Shown here: positions 1 to 13,380 of the stretch, piece by piece
How the letters are laid out: every line of letters begins with the position of its first letter
Numbering within the stretch: the stretch's first letter is position 1
NCBI RefSeq assembly: GCF_009834535.1
Contig: NC_045707.1
Location: 63,304,001 to 63,368,000, forward strand
From: Camelus ferus
Taxonomy: Eukaryota
DNA length: 64,000 nt
Reading direction: 5' to 3'
The notes under the pieces: model-generated
Told to the model about the DNA's origin: nothing
Databases searched by the model: none
The model's input: only the letters and a program-made list of their open reading frames with translations
Translations under genes and position numbers: made by a program

Positions 1-693
1 TCTGAACTAATATACATCTAATCATTGAGGTTTGTAAATTTCCACCTAGTGGGTCCCTTCAGCCCATGTCCATCCACTTCTAATGCAGAGAACAAGAAAT
101 CTTCAGTAATGCAGAGCCATTTTAATCCCATTACTGTCACAAATTCTTCATAGTATCTCCCTAAACCACCTTCTTTTCTAAAACCTGACCTCAATTATCT
201 TCACCTGGATTACCACTCTGTCTGATTTCAAATCCCTAATTTTTAACGTTTCTGTAGTTAGACAACCTTCAAATGTACTAAAAACAGCTTCCTTTACAGT
301 TTTTTATCCTGGCCTTAGATCTCATCGTAAGACATTGATACACATCAGTAAATACTCAGAAACAATCCATATTTTCTGATTTAACTTTTATTAGTTTCTA
401 CATCATTTGAACAATCCATCCCTCCCTGGGCATCGCCAAAGTGCGTGGCCCTGAGTTAGGAGCTAAAGAAGAGATAAAAAGGTAGTGACCATCCTCCCAT
501 GACTAGAGACATTTAATCAAGCACCTAACAACCATTAGTCAAGGATTTACTTTCCTTCACATTTTCTTATGTTCCTATTTACTTTGATCATTCCAGGAAA
601 TGCATTTATCTTCTCCTAAATCAGACTACCCTTCACAGACAGTAATTTCAGTGAATGAGAAGAAAAAGTCTAAGTGTTAAAAGCTGAACTGTC

Positions 694-1075
694 TAGTGTT
701 TCTCAAATGTTAATGTCCATGTAAGCTGCCTGAAAGCTTGGTCCTTTTGTTTGGGTTTTATTGGGGGGGGGGTGTTTTTATACTATTTCTTTTTTACTGA
801 AGCATATTTGACACACAATATTATATTAGTTTCATGTGGACAACACAGTGATTTGACATTTATGTACACTGTGAAATGATCGCCACAATTAGTTTAATCA
901 CCCTGTCACCATGCAAAGTTAGTACAATATTATTGACTTTATTCCCCACGTTTGGAAGTCTTGTTTAAGTGTAGAGTCTGACTCAGTGCATCTAGGCTGG
1001 GCCTGAGAATATGCATTTCCAACGAGCTCCCTGATGATGCCTGAGGCTGATGCTGCTAGAACACCGAGAGCAAGG
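694..1075 (+). mobile_element. MER5A1-like hAT-Charlie MITE, split by an L1 insertion
   Basis: 5' part tagtgtttctcaaatgttaatgtccat (694-741); 3' part ...gggcctgagaatatgcatttccaacgagctccctgatgatg...gagagcaagg (952-1075). Confidence 0.7.
743..950 (-). mobile_element. L1 3'-end fragment (L1MA-like)
   Basis: T-rich tail followed by the typical antisense L1 3'UTR ttttactgaagcatatttgacacacaatattatattagtttca. Confidence 0.7.
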
Positions 1076-1839
1076 TGGTACCCTGGAAGGTCTGTGAGAG
1101 CAGGATCCTACCTGACTTTCACACCTCGCTCTAGACCAGTGCCTGGCCCACTGCCTCGCATGTTGTAAATGCTCCATTGCTATCTCTGCAGTGAATAATT
1201 AGTTGTGGAAGAGACATAATTAAAGAAGAAGAACCTAGGAAAGGAGTGTATTCATCTCAACTCAATTTTTCTCTTGGACAGAGTTGGGTAAATCTTTTTT
1301 AAACCCGACTTCACAATCTGGCCATCAAACTCACCCATCCTGACTTACGGTCCCTCTCCCTCTGCTTTTCCCCACACATCTTCCCCTGAGAATGGACCAG
1401 TTCCCTCCACTGCGTGTACGTAAATCCATGCCCATCATAAAGCGTGCCCCTAACCTGCTCCTCTTCATGGCAGCCTAGACCCAAGGCCACCAGCCTCTTC
1501 AGCTCAAGCCCCACTTCTCACACCAAGTTCTGCCCAGCTTCCTCGGCCGCCCTCCCAGGAACTCTGCACCTCACAGATCTTCTCAGACGTTGGACGTAAA
1601 GCAAAATGATGTACAAGCAGCTCCCTAGCAGAGATAATTAGTCACTTTGACGGCAAAGTGGTGAAATAGCCTTTTGTCGGAGTAAAATTCACTGAGAGCG
1701 CCAGCTGTCCTGCGTCTGCATGGTCACTGCCAAGTAAATGAATATTCATCACATTCTGTTCTTTACTTGGGACACCAGGTCAAGTGAAACATTTGAGTCA
1801 AGCTATATGTAAAGACAAGACACCAGGATGTGCTGGGGA

Positions 1840-2065
1840 ACAGTGGTCAGAGCATGGGTTTCGGAGCCCAACACCTGGGTTTAAATCCTGGCTCCAGCAC
1901 TGTTACATCCATGGCTTTGGCCAAGTCCTCTGGCTGGTGGGAGCCCAAAGCTCTGCATTAAAAGGGGAAACTGACACCCAACACATTTTGTAAAGATTAA
2001 ATAAGATGACAGACGTAGACCACATAGCCCGGTGCCTGGCACAGAGCAGGTGCCCAAAGTTTCCT
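1840..2065 (+). mobile_element. MIR SINE
   Basis: MIR head gtggtcagagcatggg...cctgggtttaaatcctggctcca and tail gtgcctggcacagagcaggtgc. Confidence 0.7.
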
Positions 2066-2098
2066 CCTGTGACCATGACCACAGAGGGTTTTATGCAG

Positions 2099-2281
2099 GC
2101 AATGGTTCTCAAAATGCGGTTCTCAGAGGCAGCGCCAATATCAGCCAGAAACTTGCAGAAATACAAGTTCTCAGGCCCCATTGCTGACTTAATTAAGAAC
2201 TCTGAGGCTGAGGTCCAGCAACCTGTGTTTTAACAAGCCCTCCTGATGAATCAGACGCTCCCAAGGTTTCAGAAGCACCGT
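2099..2281 (-). mobile_element. MER5A-like hAT-Charlie MITE
   Basis: caatggttctcaaa start, internal ctgtgttttaacaagccctcc, and a degenerate inverted end. Confidence 0.7.
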
Positions 2282-4016
2282 TGTAAAGATTAAAGACACC
2301 GTAGGTGTAAACCACTGTTAGGCACAGGAGGAGATACTAAACGGGCTCCTATTATTTTTAATAGGACATGATTTTTGTTCATAAAGTGCCTTCATTCCAC
2401 TTCCTGACACTAACATCTCCTGCTGCAGTGTATTGAACTAACTACTCAGTCGCTTCAGTTAACGGTGCTATCTAATTGCCAACCTTTGAGAGTGCCCCGA
2501 GCTGCTGCTCACAAACTATTTAATTGCTCATCCCATTGCCTACCTAGAAACATCCCGGGGGTCTCATTACCGGTGGCTGACCCCGGCTGGCTGCAGAAGC
2601 AGGACCGCCAGCTCTCCCATCTCCTGGGAAAGCCACGCTGGAGGCTCGAGCGCTGTCCGCACTCCAGTCCTGACGCTCCCCGTGGCCGCGTGAACCAACT
2701 ACGCACAGGATTCTGGACTGCTTTGACTTTCTTAAGCTTCAGTTTTCTCTTCCTATTTTCCTTTGCTTTTATTTGTTGAGTACTTGGTGGGGCAGGGGGG
2801 ACGGGAAGGCGGGAGTTGGAAAGAGTTGCTTTTGTTTCCTTAACTGCAGAACAGTAAAACTTTTCCATAAAAACTGTGCATCGCTCAAGGCCAGACCATT
2901 AAGCAGCTGGGGCATTCTGGGCACTGCCTGTTACTGATTTTTATTTCCTTTTTCACTGCACTTGCGAGCAAGTCATTTATCTTTAAGTTAGCAAGCAGGA
3001 AATGGGAAATAAAAGAAATATGTTTTATTTAAAGCAGTGTTTGGGGCTAGTCATGATGAGGGGAGTGGGCACTGCCTACGCTGAGTTCATTTTCATTACG
3101 CTGCACTGAAAACCAAGTCATTTATCATTTTCTGGAGTCCCACTATCATCTCCCTGCTGCCCTTGCTTCTCTTGGTTCCCTCCCCCAGACCCCTCACCCC
3201 ACTGTCATACCAGTGTTCTTGAATCTTGATGATAATAACCTGGTGAAATCCAAGACAAGTGACCCCTCTGGGTACCAAGCCCCAAGACACCCTGGTCCTC
3301 TCTGAGGGAGCTCTCATGGGATAAACTAACCATCATTTCAGGTGTAAACCAGAAAGGAGCCTTTTTTCCTATCCAAATGGGAAAAATAATCATCAAAGGA
3401 GATAATCTACTTCTACCACTTACTCTTCTTTAAAATGGAGATAGGTGACCCCACCATCTATCAGTGCAATGTGTAATACAACAGCGAAGCAAGGATGGAA
3501 CAAGCTAGAAGTGTCCTCAAAAACCAAAGACCCCATTGTTCTTTAACAAGTCTCATTTGCTTGCTTTTAAATCACGGCACAACATCCACTTTGAAGACTT
3601 GGGAGAAAAAGCCGTTGCATTATCAACATGGAAGGAAAAAAAGGGTTCAGTGCAATTCACGTTCCCAAAGAAAACTGGATTTTTTTCCTGCAGCCTAAAT
3701 CTTGTTTTAAAATTGCTGAGTTTGTTGTCACCTAGTTAAACTTTTAAAGACTGGTTTATCTGAGGTGGATGAACTCTGCCAACACTATTCTTTATTTAAT
3801 ATCCAAAAGTAGGACTATACCTTTAATGCTCCCATAATGCCCTCTGCGTGGTTGATCACAGTAGACAATGTGTGATAAACGAGGTGTTCCTATCTGTCTC
3901 CTAATCGGGCGAAGGTGAGCTGGGAAGCACGCACTATAACTTGAGTCTAGCAAGAGTTAAAAATGTGGCAAACTCTCCATAAGTACGTTTGTAATGGAGT
4001 GAATGAATAAGAACTT

Positions 4017-4052
4017 TATAAAACTTTGAAACTATATAAAACTTTGAAACTA
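4017..4052. repeat. Perfect 18-bp tandem duplication (tataaaactttgaaacta)x2
   Basis: Copies at 4017-4034 and 4035-4052. Confidence 0.9.
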
Positions 4053-7000
4053 CTTTGTACATTTATACAGATCTGTTTTCAATGATACCAGAATAATGAG
4101 ACCAGATAAAAATGGAAATACCAGAAGGATAAGTCATTATACAGAAGCTTAAGTGATTTAGCTGTTAAAATAAACTAGATATTATAGTGTAAGCTAAAAC
4201 AAATAATAAACTGTTTACTCAAATAGGATTATGTCAATTAGGAAAATCCCTTGAAATTATGCCACCTGAAAACTAACAGTATGACAGGGCTACGAAGTTA
4301 GCAGCAAAGAAATTTCTTGCTCACTGTAAAATTACTTCACTCCACGTAAAACGAAATCTTGTCACATTAAACCATTTCAGCAAATTTTCTCTCCTGGCTC
4401 AGTCCACTCATGATGCATGTGTACTAGAGTTTCTCTGTAAAACGTAACATGATGGAAAAGTACTAAATCTCAGAAGTATCTAGAAGATGACCTACACGCT
4501 CCCCACCTAGCCCCCCCCCCGCCGCCCCCGCCAGCAAAGGATAACAGTTCAAATCGCTCTCCAACTTTATCTTCCTAAAACCATGATGGATTAAATCATC
4601 AATAATCCAAAGGTAAATGGAAGACTATTTCTTTATCTTTAGGCTTATGTATAAGTATTTAAAAAGAAAATGAACAATGTGAACACTGCTTATGAAAAGA
4701 ATATTGATCAAACTTAAACCTGAACCATTAAATTGTACTAAAGTGACCTACCAGGAAAAAGAAATTCCAATGAGGCAATTACTTATAATGTGTCCATAAC
4801 ACTCAGTTTCTGTCTTAACTGCTCCTGAATGCCTCACCCACCTATCTGTGCCAGGCTCCGTAGAAATCTAATTTTACTGTGTGTCAACACATGGCAAAAC
4901 AAAGTACACCAAGCTAGCATCAAACTCAGAATTTACTTTTAGGGGCCTCAGATTTAAATACTTTGGCTCTGGTTGACATAATTCACAACCTGAATGTTGT
5001 TTAAACCTGGTAAGCCAGGTTTTTCTCTCTGATACCCCTGGGCCATTCACAAAGCGTGTCAGTATGCAAAAACCACAGTGACTGGTGTTGATCAGGTAAA
5101 AGCCAAGCAAGGACAATTACTAAACCTGGGCTGCTCAGCCTGTACACACTCCTAGTGAGAAAATCGAGGAGCAAAGGTGGAAGTGAGAAACAAGTGACAA
5201 AAGGAAGTCTTAGCAGAACAAATTCCCAAAACAACCTTTTGAAAGTCAAAGCTAGTTCTTTCATATTTCCAGTCTGATATGTAATCAAATAGCTTAGGTG
5301 TTAATTTTATGTTGCATCTTTTTTTTTTCCTTTAAAATTAATCCCATAAAAGAGAATAACTACTAAGAGCTAGTTTCATCTGGGATTTAAGGCGCTTCAA
5401 ATGGAAAAAAAAATAAAAAGTTGTTCCAGTCTGCAAGCAGAAGAAAATAAATAAATAAATCACCCCTAAAATGATACCGAACATCTCTTAATTGTGGTCT
5501 CAGAGCAGTTTCCTCTTTTGGCAACGTCACTACGAATATTGTGCTGAATTATGAAAAGAAATCTCTATGGTCAGTTTGGTGATGCAGTGCTTTCTACTAA
5601 ACGACCCATTAAATCATAATGATTTCCCAAATACAAATAGTTTTAGACCATGATGAACCTAAGCTAAGTATTTTAATCAGGAAGAAGACTTAAGGAAGTG
5701 TGAAAAGACCATTCATTCATTCATTCATTCACTCATTCTCTCAACAAGTATTTATTAATTTGGGAAATCTACACCAGACTCCTATGACTGCCCAACCCTC
5801 AGATCTCACCCCTATGCCCCATTTTCTCTGAAGAAGTCCTCATATTAATTAAGGGGGTGTAAGGAAAGGACCCCACACACACTCAGATTTCATTATCACT
5901 AATCGGAGTGCCTGCTCAGTGTCTTCAACATCCGTGCCCTTCCTTCTCACTGGACGGGTCAGATCAAGTCATTTTCTGAAATAAGCTTCAGTCTGCAGAA
6001 GATATACATAAGATAAAGGTCCCCACAAAGAGTACCCCCCCAAAAATCAAAATCTGTTAGTAGACCTTATTTTTTCCTCTACTCTGTAAATGTATGCTTA
6101 AAGGAGCAAAACCTAGATTCATAAAATCGAAGAACTTCAGAGCTTATAGGGACAGAGACAGAGATAGTGATAGATGCATAAAGAATAATCTAACCCAGGA
6201 GTTTCCAAAGAAGGGTCCCCAGATTGCTGCCACTTCTTCCCAATGTGTTCACCACTTGGGTCAAAATGAGAAAAGTAAGGGCAACGTGCCGAGTTTTCAC
6301 AAAGCTTAATTTGTTCAACAGGAAGGGTTATGTGTTACGCTGAGAGTGCAGCTCCTACTTTCTTGGGGTTAAAATAGACTCTCTTTGACAAGACGATGAC
6401 AATAACGATGGTGTTTTGTTGGGGGAAGAGTTCCTTGTGCTTAACTGGAAGATTAAAAGTTGGCAAACCTCTGTAGGTCCACAGCACTTGCTTCTTCGTT
6501 TTTCTGTTGTGTGAATTCCCTAAGCTTCCATTTCATTTAATCCAAATACCATTATTTTATAGACGAAGCCTCGTGAGATAAGGGACTAGAACACAGTCAC
6601 ACAGCCTAGTGAGTGCCAGGATGGGACATGACATTAGTCTCTTAACAAATCTTTTGTTTTTGAAATGTATAGGTGTCCTTTAAAAACAATAGTAACAGAA
6701 GAGACTATTTTCCTCATATAATGGGACAGTTGGTGGTTAAGAAGAAAGCAGAGAACCCCTCCGAATGTTCTAGTTGTCCTAATTGTCTCCGCGTTCAAAT
6801 TGTTAATGATGTCAATTACTTAGAGAACTGAATTGATCATTGCGTTGAGTGGTCTACACGAACCAAGACATTTTCCCCCTGCAACAAGTGGGCGCATTAC
6901 TTGATCGAATACACTACACCAAATGCTTGGTTTATAGTCCCAAGAATCAAATTTTGTGTAGAAGCAAAGTGAATGGCACAACAGGTAGTTATGCAGCTAA

Positions 7001-8395
7001 TCCAAGCAAAAAGCCCCAAACCTACTATTAAAAAAAAAGAACCAGCCGGCTATCTTGTCGATTTCACTAAACAATTCCTCATTTTAAAGTAATTAAACTC
7101 GTCTTCATAATAAAAAGGTTTCACTATGGTGCTTAAGGTAGACAGAGATTTGGCTTCATAATCATTGATTAAAATCTTTGAAAGCCTGAAAACAACAGAG
7201 ATCTACAGGTACAAGAAATGATAAAATATATGTAAAATACTTGTGATAAAAGGTCAATTCTGTCCCTTTTTCCTCGCTTTTTTGTTCTTAGAATAAAAAA
7301 CGCTTACCAGTTATATTTGCATAGCTTCTTCACTCCTAAAGCATCAAATTCTGGTTACAACAAAACCACCATTGTACTTTTTCTTCACAAAATGGTAAAC
7401 AGAAATGTTCATTTGTTTTACTGGTTTTCTTTCCCTTTTTTTTTTTTTTTCCTTTTTGGGATTTGAATAAACATGTAAAAATACATAAACCTCTGAAGAT
7501 GAAATCTAACTCTCTTTAGCGTGCAGTGCTTGAAAGTATAAGAAAAATTGTTAAGAGGAGAATGGTGCCTACATGAAAATAAAACTGGACGGTGCAGGCT
7601 TGAACTGAAGAAAATAGCAATTAATTTAGAATTAAGCCTTTTTTAAAAAATAACAATGTTATGTCTACATAACCAATAATAAAGTTTTTTTTCAGCTTAA
7701 AAATATGGAGCAAATGGCTGTGGGCAACGTTTTGTGCCAAAAGAGTTCTGCCGAGTTTTGATTGGTTTTTCTTTTAATTCGTTTTTCATTTTTGTTTCAA
7801 GCATTTTGCTGCTTTCTTGTGCTATCCCTGAGAGGAATATTTTAGCTCAAGAACTCCCCACTGATGAACAACACTTTTAGAAGCACAACTTATTGTGCAT
7901 TTACCATTATTATCACCCATGTTTTCTGAAATGCCAAGGTCTAGAAAGAGGCTGATGACAGAAGGATGAAAAAATATCACTTAAGAGGCGTAACCCAGTA
8001 AAGAGTTTTATAAAATAATACTAAAGATCGTGTGAGGTCTCCTTTGGATACAAAAATCTAGAGATATAAATGAAGGTCCGCAAAGATTCATAGCGGGGGA
8101 AGAAACCTACTCTTTCAGAAGGAGGTTATCCTCAGTATAAAATTGTTGTTTATGCAGTAACATCCCACCCCTCTCCCTGACTGATTTTTGGGCAAATCTT
8201 CCTCACCTTTAACCCAACACAGTGGGCATGGCTCCCCACATCTGCTGCACTTTCCTGCCTAACTCTGGAGCCTTTCTAGGGCCCCAAATCTGGACCATAT
8301 TTAACAATAAAAATACTCAGCTCATGTCTGACTTTTCTCCCAAGTTCTCCCACATTTATCATTCCATACCCTTTACCATGCCTTTACCTCATGTG

Positions 8396-8900
8396 TGTTG
8401 AGAAAATCAATCTCATGAATGCAGTCTTTCGCCCCCTACTCAACTGCCTAAGAATGGACTTGAGCCTGGAAGACTTGACCAAGAGAGAAAGTGCCATCAC
8501 CGTGCATTCTGGATGTATCACCTTGTGTGGGGACATCTTTCCCCGTTTCGGACTCAACGTGTGCTCCTTTGTTCTGCCTAAACAAGTACTTCACAGGGCA
8601 CCTGGTCAACCCCACTGCTGTCTGCATTCTCTTGGAAATGAGATGGGGTCCTTCTGCTACAGCACAAAAGGGATTAACTCCCCTGTGTTGGCTGCTGGGA
8701 AGGACCCAGTGGCCAGAGGGGACCAATCCTGCTGTTAGAGTTGATCCTGCTTTGTCTCTTTCTATGTGAGTAAAAGCTTTGTTCCATCCAGTACTTGATC
8801 GTGTTGTTTTTCTTGGCCACTCCCATTCTGAGATGCTGTGGGCAGAAGTGCTCAGACTTCTACTCCTGGCAGCAGGGCAATAGACACCATTGGCTCAACA
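8396..8900 (+). mobile_element. ERVL-class solo LTR (505 bp)
   Basis: TGTTGAG...CTCAACA perfect inverted termini; perfect 5-bp TSD ATGTG (8391-8395 and 8901-8905); AGTAAA polyA-like signal near 8769. Confidence 0.85.
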
Positions 8901-9194
8901 ATGTGAGAGGCCCATCTCTCCATCACCGTATGTCCTCCCCATCAGTAGCATCCCCTACCTCCTTCATGAAGCCTTTTCTACATTCATGAAGGCCATATAT
9001 AAAAAAGTCAAGGACTGTCACATCAGGGAGACCCAGGTTCTAGTCCTGACTTTGACACATTTACTTATGTGTCTGTCACAGAACCTCTCTGAGCTTCAGC
9101 TGTCTCTAAGGTTCTTGTCAGTGTTGAACTGATGTAACAGAGGTATCCAGTAGGTATTCACTAAACATGAACCATTTTGATCACTCCAGATCCA

Positions 9195-9880
9195 TTAGTC
9201 AGTTTTGTTAGACACTTTGGTTCTAAAGAAGAGAAAAGTCAGTCAAGGGGGTTAAGGTAAACAAAGAGGCTACTGTAAGTTAAACAGGCACAGGAAGTGC
9301 TGAACAACTTGGTAGCAGGAAGGGCAGGAATTTCAGCCTATTTTGGTCTTAGCACAAAACCGTGGTAGAGCTGAACTTTGGGGTTTTCAATGAATAGTCT
9401 TCCATTAATGTGACTCAGTTACTCTGTGTCTTCTTCTCTATCTGTCCTATCAGCAGTTCCCTCCCATTCCCATATCCCCTTCTCTCCCCTCTCCTTCTCT
9501 CTCCCTCTCTCTCTGCCCACCCCCACCCCGTCTCTGTCTCTATCTCTCTCCTCTCTCATAACTTCATCTTGCAAGAGGCCCAGCATAACCAACCCAACTT
9601 ATCTCTGCATCATGACGTTTGGCCCCAGTCCCCACAGCTGCCTCCTCCCATAACTATTTCCTGGTTCAGACTTGCTAACGGGAAATCTGATCGACCCAGT
9701 TCATCCTTTTGCACCCAGCACATGCCACTGAAATGGCTTCCTCTGGGTCAGGTGTCCAACTGTTTGTGGGAACTGGGGTGAGAAGACAAGAGTCGGGAGT
9801 TCCTGGAACAAACATGGCTGCAAAAGCGCATCCTTTTTAGGGGTGTAATCACAAGCGGATCCATGGGAAGAATAAACCCT
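9195..9880. mobile_element. Degenerate MLT1-type (MaLR) LTR with a CT-rich expansion
   Basis: Motifs ctctgggtcaggtgtccaac and aacaaacatggctgc recalled from old MLT1 LTRs; CT-rich tract at 9455-9560. Confidence 0.45.
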
Positions 9881-10657
9881 GAAAGCGACAGCAAGTAGAC
9901 TGCTTTTTTTACCCTAGAAACTCATCCACACTGATGACCAAAGGTTCTACATCTTATTTTGTTAGAACACATCCTGAAGGACAGAACAAAATGGAGAGGA
10001 GGGTTATACGCAGTTAACCTGAAAAATTCTGCTCCCCACCAGGAAATTCTAATAAGCCACCCTCCACCGTCCACAGTCAGGTGGAAAACCACTCCTCAGT
10101 AGAATCTGAATTTATCTCTCAGCTATTCATCATTTCATATTGCTTACTGTCTCAATTTACTGACTTATTCCAAATTGGTTATGACCTTCTGAATTGTAGG
10201 CACTGTGTTTTATACAGACACATCTTAGTAACCTTTCTCTTTCCCCTACCCTGAATAGCATGGGGTAACCACGTAAGTGCTAAATCAATACTCACATAGA
10301 CGTACATAGTTTTAAAACTGGAAAGAACTTGGGAAATTGTCCCTCTTCTCATTGTTTTAGAGATGAGAAAACGGAGTCCAAGACAGGGAAAACAGCCTGT
10401 CCGAGGTCACACAGCTCATCAGTAACAAGGCTAAGACAAGAACCCAGGGAGGCGAAGGTCCTCCCCACTGCTCCTGCACCCTCTAAATAACTACTGCTGA
10501 TGTGATTTACAAACACGGGTATCTCAAACGCTAAAAAAACTCATTTACAATTTATGGAGCTATTACTGAATTTGTCAGATACTTCTTTCAATACTCAAGT
10601 AGTATCTACGTGTCTGTATACAAATTGAACAGTCAGTAATCTCAGTATTTTCATATA

Positions 10658-11343
10658 CAGCCTATTCTCATGATTCCTAGTAGGTATGTTCTATAACATT
10701 GCTGCAAACCCGGAATTAACAAATACTGACTCACTGCTCCTCCGGAAAATATAGGATTAGGTGCCTACAAGCCTTTGGTCCCATTTTCGTCATCAACTAA
10801 TCGATACACAACTTTGTTTTATGTCTGTTTCTATTTAAGGACAATTTATTTATTAGATGTTGTTCATTCATTAACACTGAACTCATGGTCAGCAGCACTG
10901 TAACTCGTGCCTGAACAAAGCTTATCTAACAAGCATGTTTTCTCTGTGAGGCACATCACAGCTTCCTTGGGCTTAGGAACACTAAATAGCACCTGAGCAC
11001 TTTAAACAGTGAAATCTCCAGCAAAAAGCCCATACGTGCAGGCAGTGGGGAGGTGGGGTGAGGGGAGTGGCGGGGCAGTGTGGGAGTGAAGAACTGGCAC
11101 TAAACCGACCAAGAAGACACTAGTCTGTAGGATGAGAGCTGATACAAGGAGGCAAAACATCGCCTTGTTTGACCTTGACTGGGACCATCTGTGTCCAGTG
11201 ACTCAAATTTTTCACCATTCAGAAAATGTCTGAGAATAACCACGGAAGTGCCATGAGTATTGATTTTTTTTGAGATTACAAATAAGTTTTAACGAGTAAA
11301 CAAATTTGCAAATACAGAACACTTAAACAATGAGGATTGCCTG
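10658..11343 (-). mobile_element. MER82-like TcMar-Tigger non-autonomous transposon
   Basis: TA flanks at 10656-57 and 11344-45; degenerate inverted termini cagcctattctca / tgaggattgcctg; the interior resembles recalled MER82. Confidence 0.8.
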
Positions 11344-12344
11344 TATTTATATATAATCTAGGTGATGAAATTGTATTCCATTTTCTTCCTGATACTCTGT
11401 GACCTCCTACCCACAGAAACTACTAGAGTAAAACAAGCAGTCAACAGTTCCTTTGATGCAAGTGGAACACAGCCTCCAGGACCACCCGTATGGATAACAT
11501 TATCCGCAACAAGGAGAGACACAAGCAAAACTGCATATTATTTACAAATAACTGTTGCTAGATAAGACTACTTTCGTTCTGTACAACTATATCAGCCTTG
11601 CATGTTAATGGATACCTCTATAATGCACTCACAGTAAAGAGTGCCTTTTAAAAACAAAATGAATACATTTAGAACACAATATAGGTATTAATGGATATTC
11701 ACGAGAGAAAAGGTTTTAAACGCTTGGGAAAGGAGATGCACATTTGCTTTCCAAAAACGACGACTTACAAATGTATTCATCCTTGGGTCTATGTAGCCTC
11801 AAACACAAGGTGACCTTTGAAAACTTTCCCGAACAGAGATCATGAACTAGCAGCCCAAAGGTTGAATATCATACTCCTGAACGATGTTAACCCACTCAGT
11901 GTATTTTTTTTAATTTGAATTAGTTGCCAAAAGTTATAAATTAGGAGAATATACCCAAAATCAAATTTTCTGTATTCTCTTGAAAAAAAAAAATCATCGT
12001 GACCCCTGCCCCTATTCTTGCCTGGAAATCACTAGCAAAGCACTGAATAGCTGTTGGCCTCAGGTTCTGGAACGTCCCCTCCCCCTCACACTATGGTTCA
12101 GGTCAGTTGCACTTTCCTACTGTAAAGTTGAGAATAGGTTAATCTTACTAATCTATCCAAATGGAGGCAAAAAAAGAAAAAAACCAGCTGAGAATCACAG
12201 TTTACATTTTCTCACACCTTGTTTATTCACATCGACATTCGAGGTGATGATTCCTGCCCTAAAGCTAAGGTAGACATCCTCCTGACTACAACGGTAAAAT
12301 ATCCTCCACGTGGAATCAAATGAGCTTAGCTATGGCTTCTTACA

Positions 12345-12540
12345 GTTCACAGAGGCTCATGCATTATCTCATGTAATCTTTGCAGTAAAGATCAGGCTGG
12401 TAGAACAGGTCATTTCATCCTCACTCTACCAAGAAATCCAGAGCCCACAGAGATGCAACAGCTTGTCCAAGGCCAGTGACTTGACTAAGGAGGGTGAAAT
12501 CCAGTCTTTCTCAATTCCAGAGCATCATCTACTCTGGAAC
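12345..12540 (-). mobile_element. MIR SINE
   Basis: gcattatctcatgtaatctt...gcttgtccaaggcca, the MIR core in reverse. Confidence 0.6.
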
Positions 12541-13279
12541 ACATACAAGCAAAAGGACTGATCCATACTTTATTGCATATTTCACTTTTTAAGTATATTC
12601 TGGTCATCAAGGTAAAACTCCAACGTGATAGACATTAAGGTGTTGCTTTTCTATTCCACACAGAAGAACCACCTTCAATTGAATAAGACTGCTTTTGTCC
12701 ACATCACTCCATTAATGCTACTAAAAAATACACGATTCTGTGTGTGTGTGCCCCAGTGCACACACACTCTCCTCATCCCAAACGAGAACTGAAGCAATTT
12801 ACCCTTACGACAAGATTAGAACGATTGAGAGGATTGTTTTTAAGGAAAAATAAAAGTCAAAGAAAGAAAATAAAACCAGAGGTATGATGAGTACCTGAGT
12901 ACAAGCCATAATAATCAGATGCTTCTTTCAAGACCATCTATTTTACACCGAGCTTCCCAGTGGTCAGTGCACAGATGGAAACACCATCAGCTACCCAATT
13001 CACCGTACCAAGCAAAAAAATACGTCATCGTGTCTGAGAGATACTTTTCCCCCTAGAGTCCTCATAAACTCCTTTGGATGCAATTTAAAGACCCTGATTC
13101 TCCACCACATTAAAACAGGGAATAAAACAATAAGCCATAGTTCCTTTGGTTATTTCTTATATTTCCTGAAGCAGGCTGATGGCATCATGCCAAATCACAA
13201 TTCAGTAAAAACAATCCTACTAAGAGCCGATACAAAATAGTCTAGTTACTTAGCCAATCTGATGGTCAGATTAATAAAA

Positions 13280-13320
13280 TAGATAGGTAGGTAGGTAGGT
13301 AGATAGGTAGATAAATAGAT

Positions 13321-13370
<50 letters not shown>

Positions 13371-13380
13371 CAGACAGATA
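13280..13380. repeat. Compound tetranucleotide microsatellite (GGTA)n/(GATA)n/(GACA)n
   Basis: Read directly; about 12 consecutive GATA units from 13321. Confidence 0.95.
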
